64,000 bases of DNA from Nitrospinales bacterium (lineage in GTDB: Bacteria; Nitrospinota; Nitrospinia; Nitrospinales; VA-1). A program made the position numbers and the translations under genes. The stretch spans positions 2,656,001 to 2,720,000 of the forward strand of contig CBDCXL010000002.1 of NCBI GenBank assembly GCA_965223795.1. The letters are read 5' to 3'. This document shows, piece after piece, positions 37,810-49,711 of this stretch (positions are counted from its first letter, which is position 1; every line of letters begins with the position of its first letter). The notes beneath the pieces were generated by a model. The model ran no database searches and had not been told where the DNA came from. It saw nothing but the letters and a program-made list of their open reading frames with translations.

Positions 37810-39345
37810 ATGGAAGATTCAGGTCAACTCATCAAGCAGCGGCGGGAAAAAGTGGACGAGCTGAAATCCCAGGGGATTTCGCTGTTCAACAACCGCTTCA
37901 AGGTCGACGCCGCCATCGGCAGCCTCATCGACAAGCATTCAGAGCAAACGAAAGAAGAGCTGGATGCGCTGGGCGCGCAGCACACCCTCTCCGGACGGGT
38001 GATGACCCGGCGCAAGCACGGCAAGACCACGTTCGTCCACATCCAGGACGGTTCCGGCCGCATCCAGGTGTATGTGAAAAAGGACGACATCGGCGCCGAT
38101 GCCTACGAGCTGTTCAGCAAGTTCGACATCGGCGATTTCGTCGGCGTGTCCGGCAAATTGTCGAAAACCCGCACCGGCGAGCTGACGCTGTTCGCGAAGG
38201 AAGTGCACCTGGTCACCAAGTCGCTGTTGCCGCTGCCGGAGAAATGGCACGGTCTCAAGGACATCGAGCTGCGCTACCGCCAGCGCTACGTGGATCTGAT
38301 CGTCAACCCGGAGGTGAAGCAGATCTTCATCCACCGGAGCCGCATCATCCAGGCGATCCGCCGGTTTCTCGACGAGCGCGATTACCTGGAAGTGGAGACG
38401 CCGATGATGCAGTCCATCCCCGGCGGCGCCACGGCCAAGCCGTTCAAGACCCATCACAACGCCCTCAACATGGAGCTTTATCTGCGCGTCGCGCCGGAGT
38501 TGTATTTGAAACGGCTGGTGGTGGGCGGCATGGAACGGGTGTTCGAGATCAACCGCAACTTCCGCAACGAGGGCATCTCGACCGAGCACAATCCCGAGTT
38601 CACGATGCTGGAGTTTTACACGGCCTACGCCGACTACATCGACCTGATGGACCTGACGGAAGAGATGTTCCGCTACATCGGCGAGACGGTGTTCGGCACC
38701 CTTCAGTTTGAGTACACGCACAAGGCCGGCGGCGAAGAGGTGAACGATGCGTTCGATTTTTCCCAGCCCTTCAAGCGCATCCCGTTCAAGCAGTCGCTGG
38801 TTGAGATCGGCGGCGTGCCGCAGGAAGCCGTCGACGATCCCGGCAAGGCCGCGGCCTACGCGCTGGATCATAAAGTCGCGCTGGAGAAAAAAGACATCCA
38901 CGAAAAAATCCTGGCCAAACTGTTCGATTATTTCGTGGAGCCCAAACTGATCCAGCCGACGTTCATCACCGACTACCCGTTGGCGCTGTCGCCGCTGTCG
39001 CAGCGCAAAAAAGACGACCCGGCGCTGGTGGAGCGGTTCGAGCTGTTCGTCGGCCGCAAGGAGATCGCCAACGCCTACACCGAGCTCAACGACCCGATCG
39101 ACCAGAAGCAGCGGTTCGAGCAGCAGGTGGCGGAGCGGCAGGCGGGAGACGAAGAGGCGCACTGGATGGACCACGACTTCGTGCGCGCGCTGGAATACGG
39201 CATGCCGCCGACGGCCGGGGAGGGCATCGGCATCGACCGGCTGACGATGCTGTTCACCAACTCGCAGTCCATCCGCGATGTCATCCTGTTCCCGCAGCTT
39301 AAAAAAGAAGCGTCCCAAGGCGATGGAAAAGGGGTGGACCGTTGA
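37810..39345 (+). CDS. lysS: Lysine-tRNA ligase (class II)
   Basis: [28 protein letters not shown] and [15 protein letters not shown] motifs. Confidence 0.97.
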   Translation: MEDSGQLIKQRREKVDELKSQGISLFNNRFKVDAAIGSLIDKHSEQTKEELDALGAQHTLSGRVMTRRKHGKTTFVHIQDGSGRIQVYVKKDDIGADAYELFSKFDIGDFVGVSGKLSKTRTGELTLFAKEVHLVTKSLLPLPEKWHGLKDIELRYRQRYVDLIVNPEVKQIFIHRSRIIQAIRRFLDERDYLEVETPMMQSIPGGATAKPFKTHHNALNMELYLRVAPELYLKRLVVGGMERVFEINRNFRNEGISTEHNPEFTMLEFYTAYADYIDLMDLTEEMFRYIGETVFGTLQFEYTHKAGGEEVNDAFDFSQPFKRIPFKQSLVEIGGVPQEAVDDPGKAAAYALDHKVALEKKDIHEKILAKLFDYFVEPKLIQPTFITDYPLALSPLSQRKKDDPALVERFELFVGRKEIANAYTELNDPIDQKQRFEQQVAERQAGDEEAHWMDHDFVRALEYGMPPTAGEGIGIDRLTMLFTNSQSIRDVILFPQLKKEASQGDGKGVDR

Positions 39346-39426
39346 CGGCGGCGTTCGTTTAAAAAATTCTCATCCGGTCCGTGATGCCTGCCGGCCGGCG
39401 CTTTCTTTTTCATAGGACATTCCCGC

Positions 39427-40710
39427 ATGGCTTACGAATTGTTCGTCAGTCTCAGGCACCTGCGCGCCAAGCGCACGCAGAAGTTCATCTCCCTCAACAC
39501 CTGGATCTCCATCGGCGGCGTGGCGCTCGGCGTCATGGCGCTGATCGTCGTCATCGCCGTCATGTCCGGCTTCGGCAAGGACCTGCGCGACAAAATCCTC
39601 GGCACCAACAGCCACGCAGTGGTGACCAACGTGCACCGCACCGGCATGGAAAACTTCGAGGTGATCGTCGATCAGATCAAGGCGTTTCCGGGTGTGGTGA
39701 GCGCGGCGCCGTTCATCATGAACCAGGTGATGGTGACGTTCGGCGACACGGTGTCGGGCATCGTGGTGCGCGGCGTCGATCCCACCCGCGAGAAAGGGGT
39801 CTCGGACCTGGAGAAAAACCTGAAACGCGGCGACCTGGAATTTTTAAAGGCGGAAATGAAGGCCGCCGCCTCGGAAGCAATCGAATCGCCGGCGCGGGCG
39901 GGGGTGATCCTCGGTCAGGAGCTCGCCCTGCGCATGGGCGTGACGATGGGCGATGTGGTGTCGATGGTGTCCCCGGCGTCGCGCATCACGCCGGTCGGGC
40001 TGATCCCCAAGATGAAGCTGTTTGAGGTCAAGGGGATCTTTCAGTCGGGCATGTACGAATACGATTCCAACCTGGCGTTCGTCTCCATCCCGGCGGCGCA
40101 GAGCTTTTTCTCGATGCGGGGCAAGGTGACGGGGGTGGAGGTCTGGGTGGAGGACATCGAGCAGGCGGCGGTGATCGCCACCGATATCCAGAAAAAGCTC
40201 GGCTTTCCCTATTACGTGAAAGACTGGATGCGCATGAACAAGAATCTGTTTTCCGCGCTGAAGCTGGAAAAGATCGTCATGTTCATCATCCTCATCCTCA
40301 TCATCCTGGTGGCGGCGTTCAACATCATCAGCACGCTGTTCATGGTGGTGATGGAAAAGACCAAGGAGATCGCCATTTTAAAGTCGATGGGAGCGACGAG
40401 CCAGAGCATCGTCAAGATATTCAGCTTTCAGGGGCTGTTCATCGGGCTCATCGGCACCGCGCTCGGCTGCGCGCTCGGGTTCACCATCGTGCCGAACCTC
40501 AACCAGATCGTGGGCGGCATCGAGCAGATCTTCGGCATCACCGCGTTTCCCGGCAACGTGTACTACCTTGACAAGCTGCCCGACGACATCCAGTGGATGG
40601 ATTCGCTGCTGATCGTGGTCTTTTCCATCATCATCTGTTTTGTGGCCTCGCTGTATCCCGCCTGGCGGGCGTCCCGGCTCAACCCGGTGGATGGGCTCCG
40701 CTATGAATGA
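39427..40710 (+). CDS. lolE: Lipoprotein-releasing ABC transporter permease LolC/E
   Basis: ALIVVIAVMSGF, VAAFNIISTL, EIAILKSMGA and YPAWRAS motifs. Confidence 0.9.
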   Translation: MAYELFVSLRHLRAKRTQKFISLNTWISIGGVALGVMALIVVIAVMSGFGKDLRDKILGTNSHAVVTNVHRTGMENFEVIVDQIKAFPGVVSAAPFIMNQVMVTFGDTVSGIVVRGVDPTREKGVSDLEKNLKRGDLEFLKAEMKAAASEAIESPARAGVILGQELALRMGVTMGDVVSMVSPASRITPVGLIPKMKLFEVKGIFQSGMYEYDSNLAFVSIPAAQSFFSMRGKVTGVEVWVEDIEQAAVIATDIQKKLGFPYYVKDWMRMNKNLFSALKLEKIVMFIILILIILVAAFNIISTLFMVVMEKTKEIAILKSMGATSQSIVKIFSFQGLFIGLIGTALGCALGFTIVPNLNQIVGGIEQIFGITAFPGNVYYLDKLPDDIQWMDSLLIVVFSIIICFVASLYPAWRASRLNPVDGLRYE

Positions 40711-41425
40711 CACCGCGCCCGCCACCGTGAAAGACCGCATCCTCGAAGGGGTGGGGGTGCACAAAAGCTACAAGACCAAGCGGGAGACGCTGCACGTGCT
40801 TGCGGGCGCGAACATGCAGGTGCGCACCGGCGAGGTGCTGGGCATCGTCGGCGCTTCCGGCGTGGGCAAGAGCACGCTGCTGCACGTGCTGGGCGGGCTG
40901 GACCGTCCCGATTCGGGCAAGATCCTGTTTCGCGGGGTGGAGATCTACAGCAAGAACAGCGGCTACCTGGACAAGTTCCGCAATCTCAAGGTGGGGTTCG
41001 TGTTCCAGTTTTTCAATCTGCTGCCGGATTTCACGGCGCTGGAGAACGCCATGTTCCCGGCGCTGATCCGCGACGCCAACAAAAAGACCGCCCAGGAACG
41101 GGCGGAAAAACTGCTGGCGCAGGTGGGGCTCAAGGACCGGATGCACCACAAGCCGGGCGAGCTTTCCGGCGGCGAGAGCCAGCGGGTGGCGCTGGCGCGC
41201 TCGCTGATGAACCAGCCCGACCTGCTGCTTGCGGACGAGCCGACGGGCAACCTGGATGCGCACGCGAGCGACGCGCTGATCGATCTGATCCGCAAACTGA
41301 ACGCGGAGTTCAACCAGACGTTCGTGATCGTGACCCACAGCCAGCGGGTCGCCGGGAAAATGGACCGCGTGCTGCAGCTCAAGGACGGCAAGGTCGCGCC
41401 CATCGACCGGGAACTGATCATCTGA
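40703..41425 (+). CDS. lolD: Lipoprotein-releasing ABC transporter ATPase
   Basis: GASGVGKST, LSGGESQR and LADEPTGNLD motifs; overlaps the permease stop. Confidence 0.9.
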   Translation: MNDTAPATVKDRILEGVGVHKSYKTKRETLHVLAGANMQVRTGEVLGIVGASGVGKSTLLHVLGGLDRPDSGKILFRGVEIYSKNSGYLDKFRNLKVGFVFQFFNLLPDFTALENAMFPALIRDANKKTAQERAEKLLAQVGLKDRMHHKPGELSGGESQRVALARSLMNQPDLLLADEPTGNLDAHASDALIDLIRKLNAEFNQTFVIVTHSQRVAGKMDRVLQLKDGKVAPIDRELII

Positions 41426-41491
41426 GCCCATCCGGCCACTTCCCGGGCGGACGGATTGCATCCCTCCAAAGTCTCGTACGAAGGAATCGTC

Positions 41492-42523
41492 ATGAATCTT
41501 GAAAAAATCACGGCGCTGGTGGGCGGCACGTTGAACGGCGACGCTTCGATTGAGATCACAGCACTCAACGGCATCGCGGAAGCGGGCCCGGGGCAGCTCA
41601 CCTACGTCGCGCAGCGCAAATACTTAAAGCGGCTCGCCGAATCCAAAGCGTCGGCGGTGCTGGTGAGCGAAGCGGTTAATGCGCCCTGCGCGCAGATCGT
41701 GGTGCGCAACCCGGCGCTGGCGTTCGCAAGGCTGCTGCACGAATTTCATCCGGCAAAACGGCCCGCGGCGGGCGTGGACGCGCGCGCTGTCGTCGGCAAG
41801 GATGTGCGGCTGGGAGAAAACGTAGTCGTGTCGCAATTCGTCTCGATCGGCGATGGCACGAAAATCGGTGACAACACGGTGCTGCATCCCGGCGTCGTGG
41901 TCGGTGAAAATTGCACGCTCGGCGCCAACTGCGTCCTGCATGCCAGCGTCACGCTGTATCCCGGGACGGTGCTGGGCGAAAACGTGATCCTGCATGCGGG
42001 GGTGGTCATCGGTGCGGACGGGTTCGGTTACACGCCCGATGAAAAAATGGAACACTTCAAGATCCCGCAGGTCGGCAACGTGGTGATCGAGGACGATGTC
42101 GAGATCGGCGCCAATTCCTGCGTCGACCGGGCGGCGCTGGGAACCACCCGGGTCAAGCGGGGGACCAAGATCGACAACCTGGTGCAGATCGCGCACAACT
42201 GCACGGTGGGCGAGCATTCCATTCTGGTCGCCCAATCGGGCGTGGCGGGAAGCAGCGATCTGGGGCGTTACGTGGTGCTCGCCGGGCAGGCGGGCGTGGC
42301 CGATCATGTGACCGTCGGCGACCAGGCGATTCTGACCGCCCGGGCCGGAACCTTCCGCAATCTGGACGGCGGGCAGGCCTACGGCGGCAATCCCGCGATT
42401 CCGCTCAGCGAATGGAAGCGCTATGTCACCCTGTTTCCCCGGCTGCCCGAAATGGCCCGAAAAATGAAGGATCTGGAATCCCGCCTCGAGGCGATGGAAA
42501 AAAAACGCCCGCAGGAGCCCTAA
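41492..42523 (+). CDS. lpxD: UDP-3-O-(3-hydroxyacyl)glucosamine N-acyltransferase
   Basis: Hexapeptide repeats; IGADGFGY, KIPQVG and TKIDNLVQIAHN motifs. Confidence 0.95.
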   Translation: MNLEKITALVGGTLNGDASIEITALNGIAEAGPGQLTYVAQRKYLKRLAESKASAVLVSEAVNAPCAQIVVRNPALAFARLLHEFHPAKRPAAGVDARAVVGKDVRLGENVVVSQFVSIGDGTKIGDNTVLHPGVVVGENCTLGANCVLHASVTLYPGTVLGENVILHAGVVIGADGFGYTPDEKMEHFKIPQVGNVVIEDDVEIGANSCVDRAALGTTRVKRGTKIDNLVQIAHNCTVGEHSILVAQSGVAGSSDLGRYVVLAGQAGVADHVTVGDQAILTARAGTFRNLDGGQAYGGNPAIPLSEWKRYVTLFPRLPEMARKMKDLESRLEAMEKKRPQEP

Positions 42524-42659
42524 ACGATTGCAATCAAACCGTTTTCAAAAATTGCGGAAGCATGTGCAAGACAATTGAAAAATCGGCGGCGGCCCGCTAA
42601 AATATTTATATATTCCCGATTCGCTGGAAGTCCACTCAAGAATCCAAGGTTGGCCGTCT

Positions 42660-43721
42660 ATGAAACCGTTTATCCGAACCGCATTCGGTCTGAGTTGTGT
42701 TTTTCTGTTGTCCGCCGCAGCGCCTGCGCTGCAAGGCGACGCGCTTCTCAAGTACGTTGAGAAGAAGCTGCGCCGCAATCCGTCCGTCCTGCGTATCAAC
42801 GACAAGCACATCGGCGATGCCGGGATGGAGCTGGTTGCCCAGTCCCCGCTGCTGAAATCGGTGTCCACGCTGGTGGTCTACCAGGGCGACGTGGGAGATG
42901 AAGGGGTCGCGGCGCTGGCGCGGTCGCCCCATATCGGAAATCTCAAGGAGCTGTACCTGGAAAGCAACCACATCACCGATGCCGGCGTCAAAGTGCTGGC
43001 GCAATCTCCGGCGTTTTCCGGCCTCACGGTGCTGAACCTCTACCGCAACCGGATCAGCGACGCGGGTGCCATCGCGATCGCCGAGTCGGACGTGCTGACC
43101 AATCTGCACACGCTGAACCTCAACTACAACGGGATTCACGACGAAGGCGCGATCCGGCTGGCGACGTCGGAAAAGCTGATGAACGTCCATACACTGGGAC
43201 TGGTGTACAACCGCCTGGGCAAGGACGGCCACCGGGCCCTGCACCGCTTCGAGGTGAAGCAGCAGCTCAAGAATCTCCACCGCAACGACCGGCTCAAGAA
43301 CATGGGCGAATATTATCTGGGAGAGGACGGGGTGTTCGCGCTTTTAGACCTTCCCTACGCCAAGGAGCTTAAGGAGCTGGACCTGCGCAACAACGATCTG
43401 TCGGACAACGCCGTGGTGGCGCTGGCGAAGTCCTCCAAACTGAGCGGGCTGGAGTCGCTGAATCTGTCCGAGAACAACATCACCGACGTGGGGGCGGAAG
43501 CGCTGGCGGGATCGAAAACCCTGTCCAACCTGAAAACGCTGAACCTCAACTTCAATCGCATCGGAGATCCGGGCGCCAAGGCCATCGCCGTTTCGAGTTT
43601 CCTTTCCAACCTGGAATCGCTGAAACTGGGGCAGAACCGGATCGGCACCGAGGGGGCCGTCGCGCTGGAGCAGTCGAAGACCTTGACCCAGCTCATCCAT
43701 CCTATTTTCGGGTTTTACTGA
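42660..43721 (+). CDS. Secreted leucine-rich repeat protein (RI/GALA-like 28-aa repeats)
   Basis: Repeated LxxLxLxxNxIxDxGAxALA units; N-terminal signal peptide. Confidence 0.88.
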   Translation: MKPFIRTAFGLSCVFLLSAAAPALQGDALLKYVEKKLRRNPSVLRINDKHIGDAGMELVAQSPLLKSVSTLVVYQGDVGDEGVAALARSPHIGNLKELYLESNHITDAGVKVLAQSPAFSGLTVLNLYRNRISDAGAIAIAESDVLTNLHTLNLNYNGIHDEGAIRLATSEKLMNVHTLGLVYNRLGKDGHRALHRFEVKQQLKNLHRNDRLKNMGEYYLGEDGVFALLDLPYAKELKELDLRNNDLSDNAVVALAKSSKLSGLESLNLSENNITDVGAEALAGSKTLSNLKTLNLNFNRIGDPGAKAIAVSSFLSNLESLKLGQNRIGTEGAVALEQSKTLTQLIHPIFGFY

Positions 43722-43872
43722 CGCCCTTTCGCATCGCTAAACCCTTTCCTCCTTACGGTTTGGGAGCCTGGGCCGCGTTTCCCGATACGAGTTCAGGTGG
43801 ATCTCTGTAAGCGTCTATGTTACAATGGTTTATGCGTTAATCCCTGTTTTTAAACCCCGGTTTTGAGATCGC

Positions 43873-44841
<969 letters not shown>

Positions 44842-44878
44842 GCTCCGAAGGCCTTGCCGCATATTGAGACGGAATTTC

Positions 44879-44940
44879 TTGCCTGGCTTCTTGCTGTGTC
44901 TTATTATAGGTGTTTAAGTGCATAGGTGTATATGTGTTTA
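44879..44940 (+). promoter_or_regulatory. Promoter and direct-repeat operator of the RHH/PIN toxin-antitoxin pair
   Basis: TTGCCT-N17-TATTAT; repeats ATAGGTGTTTA, ATAGGTGTATA and ATATGTGTTTA. Confidence 0.5.
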
Positions 44941-44954
44941 TTGGGAGAGGAGTC

Positions 44955-45191
44955 ATGACACGTTGGAATTTGAGCATACCCGAAGAAACGGACCGGGCCG
45001 TGCGTTCCTTTCTTGCCCGTAAAGGCGGGAAAAAAGGCGACCTTTCGAAGTTTGTCAACGATGCGACACGGCGTGAAATTCTACGTCAAACGGTGCGGGA
45101 TATGCAGGAGCAGAACGCCGATCTCAGTGAAGAAGAAGCCCAAAAACTCGCTGAAGAGGCCGTAACGTGGGCTCGTGCGAATCGTCCTTGA
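44955..45191 (+). CDS. Ribbon-helix-helix antitoxin
   Basis: MTRWNLSIPEETDRAVRSFLA..KKGDLSKFV; overlaps the PIN gene. Confidence 0.85.
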   Translation: MTRWNLSIPEETDRAVRSFLARKGGKKGDLSKFVNDATRREILRQTVRDMQEQNADLSEEEAQKLAEEAVTWARANRP

Positions 45192-45591
45192 TACCAATAT
45201 TATTGTTTCAGGATTGCTCTCTGAAACGGGTCCGCCGGCTTTATTGTTAAAACTCTGGTTGCAGGGTAAGTTTGAGCTGGTCACTTCGAGGGCCCAACTG
45301 GATGAATTGAGCCGCGTGTTTCAATACAAGAAGATCCGGGAACGAATTCCTTCAGATCAAGCAGAGACCATTCTCGGTCAGATCGATGCGTTTGCCACCG
45401 TGGTCGATGTTCTTCCTGCTATAGATCTTTCACCCGATCCGGATGACAATGTCATTCTTGCCGCAGCGATTCAGGCCCAAGCGGATTGTATTGTCAGCGG
45501 TGATAAATCCGATTTGTTGACCATCCAGAAAGCGGAAAAGATACCCATCATCACCGCACGTCAAGCCGTCAAACGGATAGACAGGAAGTAG
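45175..45591 (+). CDS. PIN-domain toxin (VapC-like)
   Basis: VLDTNIIVS, DPDDNVIL and IVSGDKSDLL motifs. Confidence 0.9.
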   Translation: MRIVLDTNIIVSGLLSETGPPALLLKLWLQGKFELVTSRAQLDELSRVFQYKKIRERIPSDQAETILGQIDAFATVVDVLPAIDLSPDPDDNVILAAAIQAQADCIVSGDKSDLLTIQKAEKIPIITARQAVKRIDRK

Positions 45592-45845
45592 CCAGCCTGT
45601 TGAAAACTTTCCTCACTTCCTAAACCCGAAAACCCGACGCAGATCACATTTTCCTGTGACGCGGGTTCTATTTTCCGCCCTGCATCCGTGATTGAATGGG
45701 AATGACCCCTCCACTCAAGCGCCGCGTATGATTCCGCGCTGTGTTTCATTTTACGGATTGTAAGGACGTCGTTTGCCGTCCGGGTCCGTGCATCGAAAGC
45801 GTTCTTTGATCTTTGATCGGAAGGCGTTTCCTCCATTCGGTCTGC

Positions 45846-46949
45846 ATGCGGTTTCCGATTTCAAACATATTTCAGGCCGTGGCGCTGTTGTTTGCGGCGC
45901 TCGTCCTGTTGAGCGCAAGCCCTACGGTGAAGCGGGATGCGCGCTTTTTAGGCGTGCAGCCGCAGGTGGCGACGGATTACATCTATGCGGTCGTCGCGGC
46001 GGGACGGCGGTTTTACGCCAACCAGATCGTCGAGCGGCTGCAGAAAAACATCGGCCTCAAAGCCTCGGAAAACTGGGTGAAAGAGGACGCGCTGCCGCTT
46101 CCCTCGCAGTTTCTCAAACTCTCCGCGGAAAGCACCAATGCCCGCAGCACGGGCTTCAAGATCCGGCTGATCAGTAAGAAGCCGCTGAACCCGGCCAACG
46201 CGCCTCTTACTGTATTTGAAAATCACGGGCTGCAGGGGCTGGCGGCGAAACCGGAAGAACCGTTCGCCTGGGTGGTGAAGACCGGAGGGGGCTGGAGCTA
46301 CCAGGCCATCTACCCGGACGTGGCCGTGTCGAAGTCCTGCGTCGCCTGCCACAACGCGCACCCGCGTTCCTCAAGGCGCGATTACAGGCTGGGCGACGTG
46401 CTGGGCGGGCTGGTGATCCAGATTCCTCTGAGACGGGTGCACATCGGCGACAATGAGCGCTTCGTCATCACGCCGCAGTCGGTCTCGAGCCACATCCACA
46501 CGATCGTCGAATCGGACCGGATGGTGTATTCCAAGCACATCGTCAACCGGCTGCGCGACAAAGAAGTGGTGGGAGCCTCGGAAAACTGGCGCGAGGAGAA
46601 CGCCCTGCCGCTGCCGGCGCAGTTTCTCGCCCGCGCGCGCGAGCTGACCCGGCGTTACCGGCCGGGCCTGGATTTCCGGCTGATCAGCCACTGGCCCATC
46701 AATTACCGGAACGGCGCCGCCAACGAGTTCGAGCGCAACGCCCTCGATGCGGTGCGCGATAGGCCGCACCGGCCGTATTACGGGCAGAAATCGCTGGGCG
46801 GGTCCCAGTATTTCCAGGGCGTGTTTCCGGATTATGCGGTGAGCGCCGCCTGCGTGCACTGCCACAACGCCCACCCCAAAAGCCCCAAAACCGACTTCAA
46901 ACTCAACGATCTGATGGGAGCGCTGGTGGTGTCCTTCACCTTCCAGTGA
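45846..46949 (+). CDS. Exported di-heme c protein with tandem DUF3365/Tll0287-like domains
   Basis: Two repeats, each with ASENW..LPLP(S/A)QFL and CxxCH (CVACHNAHP, CVHCHNAHP); signal/TM N-terminus. Confidence 0.82.
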   Translation: MRFPISNIFQAVALLFAALVLLSASPTVKRDARFLGVQPQVATDYIYAVVAAGRRFYANQIVERLQKNIGLKASENWVKEDALPLPSQFLKLSAESTNARSTGFKIRLISKKPLNPANAPLTVFENHGLQGLAAKPEEPFAWVVKTGGGWSYQAIYPDVAVSKSCVACHNAHPRSSRRDYRLGDVLGGLVIQIPLRRVHIGDNERFVITPQSVSSHIHTIVESDRMVYSKHIVNRLRDKEVVGASENWREENALPLPAQFLARARELTRRYRPGLDFRLISHWPINYRNGAANEFERNALDAVRDRPHRPYYGQKSLGGSQYFQGVFPDYAVSAACVHCHNAHPKSPKTDFKLNDLMGALVVSFTFQ

Positions 46950-47176
46950 GGCCCGGTTCCCCGCCTGGATTGCTGCCTTTCAAGTTTCAGGGGAATATTG
47001 CCGCGGGCGCGGGATCTTTCTTTTCAGGATAACTCTGAAAAGGAGGGTTCGGCCATGAACGCGCGCGCGGTATTCCATCTTCCCACGCCCCCCGAGACGG
47101 TGTCGTTCCTGCAAAAGGCGCTGGTGACGGCGCTGTTCCTTCTGGCCTGGATCGCCGTTTTTGTCTTTCTTTGAAT

Positions 47177-49711
47177 TCACTCCGCCCGGGCGGCGGCCAT
47201 CGGTGCGGTTTCCTTGTGGGTGTCGGGCCCCATCGGCTTGAACACGACGATGAGCAGCGGCAGCAGCACGAGGTTGTTGATCAGCGCCACGATCATGGCG
47301 AAGCCGGTGAGCAGGCCGAAATAGATGGTCGGGATGAAGTTGGACAGGGTGAGGATGGAAAATCCCAGCGTCACGGTGATGGAGGTGTAGTACATGGCGC
47401 GCCCGGTGCTGCCGTGGCACACGCGCACGTTTTCCAGGTAATCGGGCTTTTGCGCGAACTCCTCCTTGAACCGGCAGATGTAGTGGATGGTGTCGTCCAC
47501 GGCGATGCCGATGGTGATGGCGGCGATGGTGATCGTCATCATGTCGAGCGGAATGCCGAGCCAGCCCATCAGCCCCAGCACGAACCCGGCTGAGAGGAGG
47601 TTGGGGACGATGCCGATGAACGCAAGGTAAACGCTGCGGAACAGCACCATGAACATCAGCAGGATGGCCGCGAACACCATTCCCAGAGTCAGGATCTGCG
47701 ACTGATACAGGCTCTGCAGCATGTTGTTGTAGAGCACCGCCATGCCGGTGAAGCGGATGCGGCCGCCCTCGATGCCGATTTCATCTTCCAGATGGCGGCG
47801 GATCTTTTCCACCAGTTCGCCGCGGTTGAGGTTCGGGTCGGCTTCCACGATGCGCATGTTGATGCGCACCTGATTGGCGTCTTCCGACAGGTACGGCGTG
47901 ATGAAGGCCTTTTTCGCCTCTGCGGGGAACAGCCTGCGGTACAGGGCGAGGTCGTAATCGTCCGGAACCAGGCCGTCGTTGAGGAGTTTTACGACCTTGA
48001 AGGTCGTGGCGATGGAAACGACCTTGCCGATCTCCGGCAGCGATTCGAGATAATCGTGGATCTCCTCGACGACTCCGAGCTGCTCGGCGTGGAACCAGTA
48101 GTTCTCCTGGTTGTCGTCCTGCTGGGCGAACGGGTCGTCGGCGAAGGGATCGTCTTCCTCCGCTTCCCGCTGCTGTTTCATTTCCTTTAAAAATTCGAAG
48201 TAATCCCGATCGGGATCGATGACGATGTCGAGCGGCGTGGTGCCGCCCAGCTTGCGGTCGATCAGGTTCATGCCCTGATAGATTTCCGTGGATGTCTTGA
48301 AGTAGTCGATGAAGCGGTTGTCCACCTGCAGGCGGAAAATCCCGATCAGGCTGGCCGCGGTGAGGATCACGGACAGGATGAGGATGCGGGTTTTCTGGTT
48401 GAGCGTCAGGCGGGCGATGGACAGGGTGAAGTTCTTGGTCCGGTCCTTGCCGTACACGGAGGGCTCGGGATTCATCAGGGCGAGCAGCGACGGGAAAAAG
48501 ATGAACGTCAGGATGAACGCGAGCGAAATGCCCATGGTCATGATCCAGCCGAAATCGATGACCGGGCGGATGCCGCTGACCACCAGCGAGCTGAACGCCA
48601 CGATGGTGGTGATGGCGGTGTAAAAACAGGGCCGGCCCATGTGGCGGATGGTCTCCCGCACCAGTTCGGTCTGCCGGGCGTTGGGATTGGACGTGTACAG
48701 TTCGCCGTAACGCACGATGAGGTGGATGGTCCAGGAGATCGTGATGATGAGCAGGATGGAGATGAAGTTGGAGGAGATGACGGTGATGCGCCAGTCGAGA
48801 AATCCCAGAAACCCGACCATGCTGACCGCCGCGATGAAGCAGCAGCCCATCGGCAGGATGATCCACCGCTTGCGCCGGAAAAAGAACCACATCACCGCGA
48901 TCATGAACAGCAGCACGCCCCAGCCGAAGATCGCAAGATCGCTTTTGATGAAGGCGATCATGTCGGAGGTGATCATGGACACGCCGCCGAGAAACATGTC
49001 CGCCTCGCCGCGGTATTTGTCCATGATCTGCCGCACCGCGATGACGTCCTGCGCCTGATAGTCGTTGTAGTGGGCGAGGTATTTTTTGAACTCGCCTTCG
49101 GCTTTATCGAGCGCTTCCTCTTCCTCCGCAGTCAATCCCGCGTTTCTTTTTTTCTCCCTCAAATCGTTGCGTTGTTTCAACAGGTCGAAATAGGTCTCGT
49201 CCCGTTCCAGATAGGCCAGCACCGCCGTGGTGTTTCCGTCCGGGCTCACCAGCAGCTTGTGGTAAATGGGGCTTTCCTGAAACTCCCGCCGCGCCATTTC
49301 CTTGTCGAGTCCCGGCGTTTTCAGCGTGCGCACCTCCTCGCCCAGATCCGCTATGCTGATTTGCGGGCTGTTGAGCAGGGGAACGTCGAGGATGGTCACC
49401 ACCGAATCGACCCGTTCGAGCTTGGCGAGGTCGTTTTTCAGCGCCTCGAGCGTGTCCAGGGAATCGTCGGAGAGCAGGTCTCCCCTGGGTGTGAAGGTGA
49501 TGATGAGAAAATCCTGCGAGCCGTATTTTTTGTTGATCTCACGGAAAAAGCGCAGGTCCTGGTCGTTTTCCAGGACCAGCGAGTCGGCGGAGGCGTCCAG
49601 TTTGAAATGCTTGGCGAACGAGCCGATGAGGGCGACGCCGATGATCACCAGAGCCAGAGTCAGCAGCGGTTTTTTAAGTACGCATTTTTCGTAAGCGCGA
49701 AGGATGAGCAT
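47177..49711 (-). CDS. MMPL/RND family lipid exporter
   Basis: Two 1-TM + periplasmic loop + 5-TM halves; GIAVDDTIH motif. Confidence 0.88.
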   Translation of the reverse strand: MLILRAYEKCVLKKPLLTLALVIIGVALIGSFAKHFKLDASADSLVLENDQDLRFFREINKKYGSQDFLIITFTPRGDLLSDDSLDTLEALKNDLAKLERVDSVVTILDVPLLNSPQISIADLGEEVRTLKTPGLDKEMARREFQESPIYHKLLVSPDGNTTAVLAYLERDETYFDLLKQRNDLREKKRNAGLTAEEEEALDKAEGEFKKYLAHYNDYQAQDVIAVRQIMDKYRGEADMFLGGVSMITSDMIAFIKSDLAIFGWGVLLFMIAVMWFFFRRKRWIILPMGCCFIAAVSMVGFLGFLDWRITVISSNFISILLIITISWTIHLIVRYGELYTSNPNARQTELVRETIRHMGRPCFYTAITTIVAFSSLVVSGIRPVIDFGWIMTMGISLAFILTFIFFPSLLALMNPEPSVYGKDRTKNFTLSIARLTLNQKTRILILSVILTAASLIGIFRLQVDNRFIDYFKTSTEIYQGMNLIDRKLGGTTPLDIVIDPDRDYFEFLKEMKQQREAEEDDPFADDPFAQQDDNQENYWFHAEQLGVVEEIHDYLESLPEIGKVVSIATTFKVVKLLNDGLVPDDYDLALYRRLFPAEAKKAFITPYLSEDANQVRINMRIVEADPNLNRGELVEKIRRHLEDEIGIEGGRIRFTGMAVLYNNMLQSLYQSQILTLGMVFAAILLMFMVLFRSVYLAFIGIVPNLLSAGFVLGLMGWLGIPLDMMTITIAAITIGIAVDDTIHYICRFKEEFAQKPDYLENVRVCHGSTGRAMYYTSITVTLGFSILTLSNFIPTIYFGLLTGFAMIVALINNLVLLPLLIVVFKPMGPDTHKETAPMAAARAE

